DNA of 64,000 bases from Felis catus. Lineage: Eukaryota. The DNA is taken from NCBI RefSeq assembly GCF_018350175.1, contig NC_058368.1:112222001-112286000 (forward strand), read 5' to 3'. This document shows positions 63,950 through 64,000 of the stretch, piece after piece. The number at the start of each line of letters is the position of its first letter. Position 1 is the first letter of the stretch. The notes under the pieces were generated by a model. It was given only the letters and a program-made list of their open reading frames with translations. It was not told the origin of the DNA and did no database searches. A program made the translations under genes and the position numbers.

Positions 63950-63950
<1 letters not shown>

Positions 63951-63989
<39 letters not shown>
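63951..63989 (+). repeat. Pure poly(A) tract, 39 nt
   Basis: Directly visible. Confidence 0.95.
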
Positions 63990-63994
<5 letters not shown>

Positions 63995-64000
63995 CCAATG

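Noticed and set aside
60000..64000. Possible IL9 exons or the SLC25A48 terminal exon
   Set aside because: IL9 is the expected downstream neighbour, but I recognised no IL9 coding sequence and could not assign a terminal exon with confidence.

Overview
Mammalian genomic DNA from a felid, as shown by dense carnivore tRNA-Lys-derived SINEs that include young Felidae-type copies. The window holds the complete coding sequence of SLC25A48, a mitochondrial carrier and choline importer. It lies on the + strand as 7 coding exons (20582-59739, 936 nt, 311 aa), starts in a CpG island, and has a splice donor 7 nt after the stop. Most remaining sequence is ordinary interspersed repeat (CanSINE, L1M, L2, MIR, MLT1/MLT2, MER). 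Two things are not explained by this. (1) Intron 4 appears to contain a heavily decayed but nearly complete Ty3/Gypsy LTR-retrotransposon internal region on the - strand: gag with a CCHC knuckle, protease, RT, RNase H and integrase, then an apparent second RNase H-integrase unit, plus a duplicated gag piece inserted inside an old L1. (2) A spliced, probably disabled, uncharacterised gene lies upstream (about 7.2-11.5 kb) and its predicted product carries a repeated P[FY][FY]R[ST] motif. Both calls come from manual translation and motif recognition and need HMM or alignment confirmation. Repeat family names are from memory of consensus sequences and repeat boundaries are approximate.
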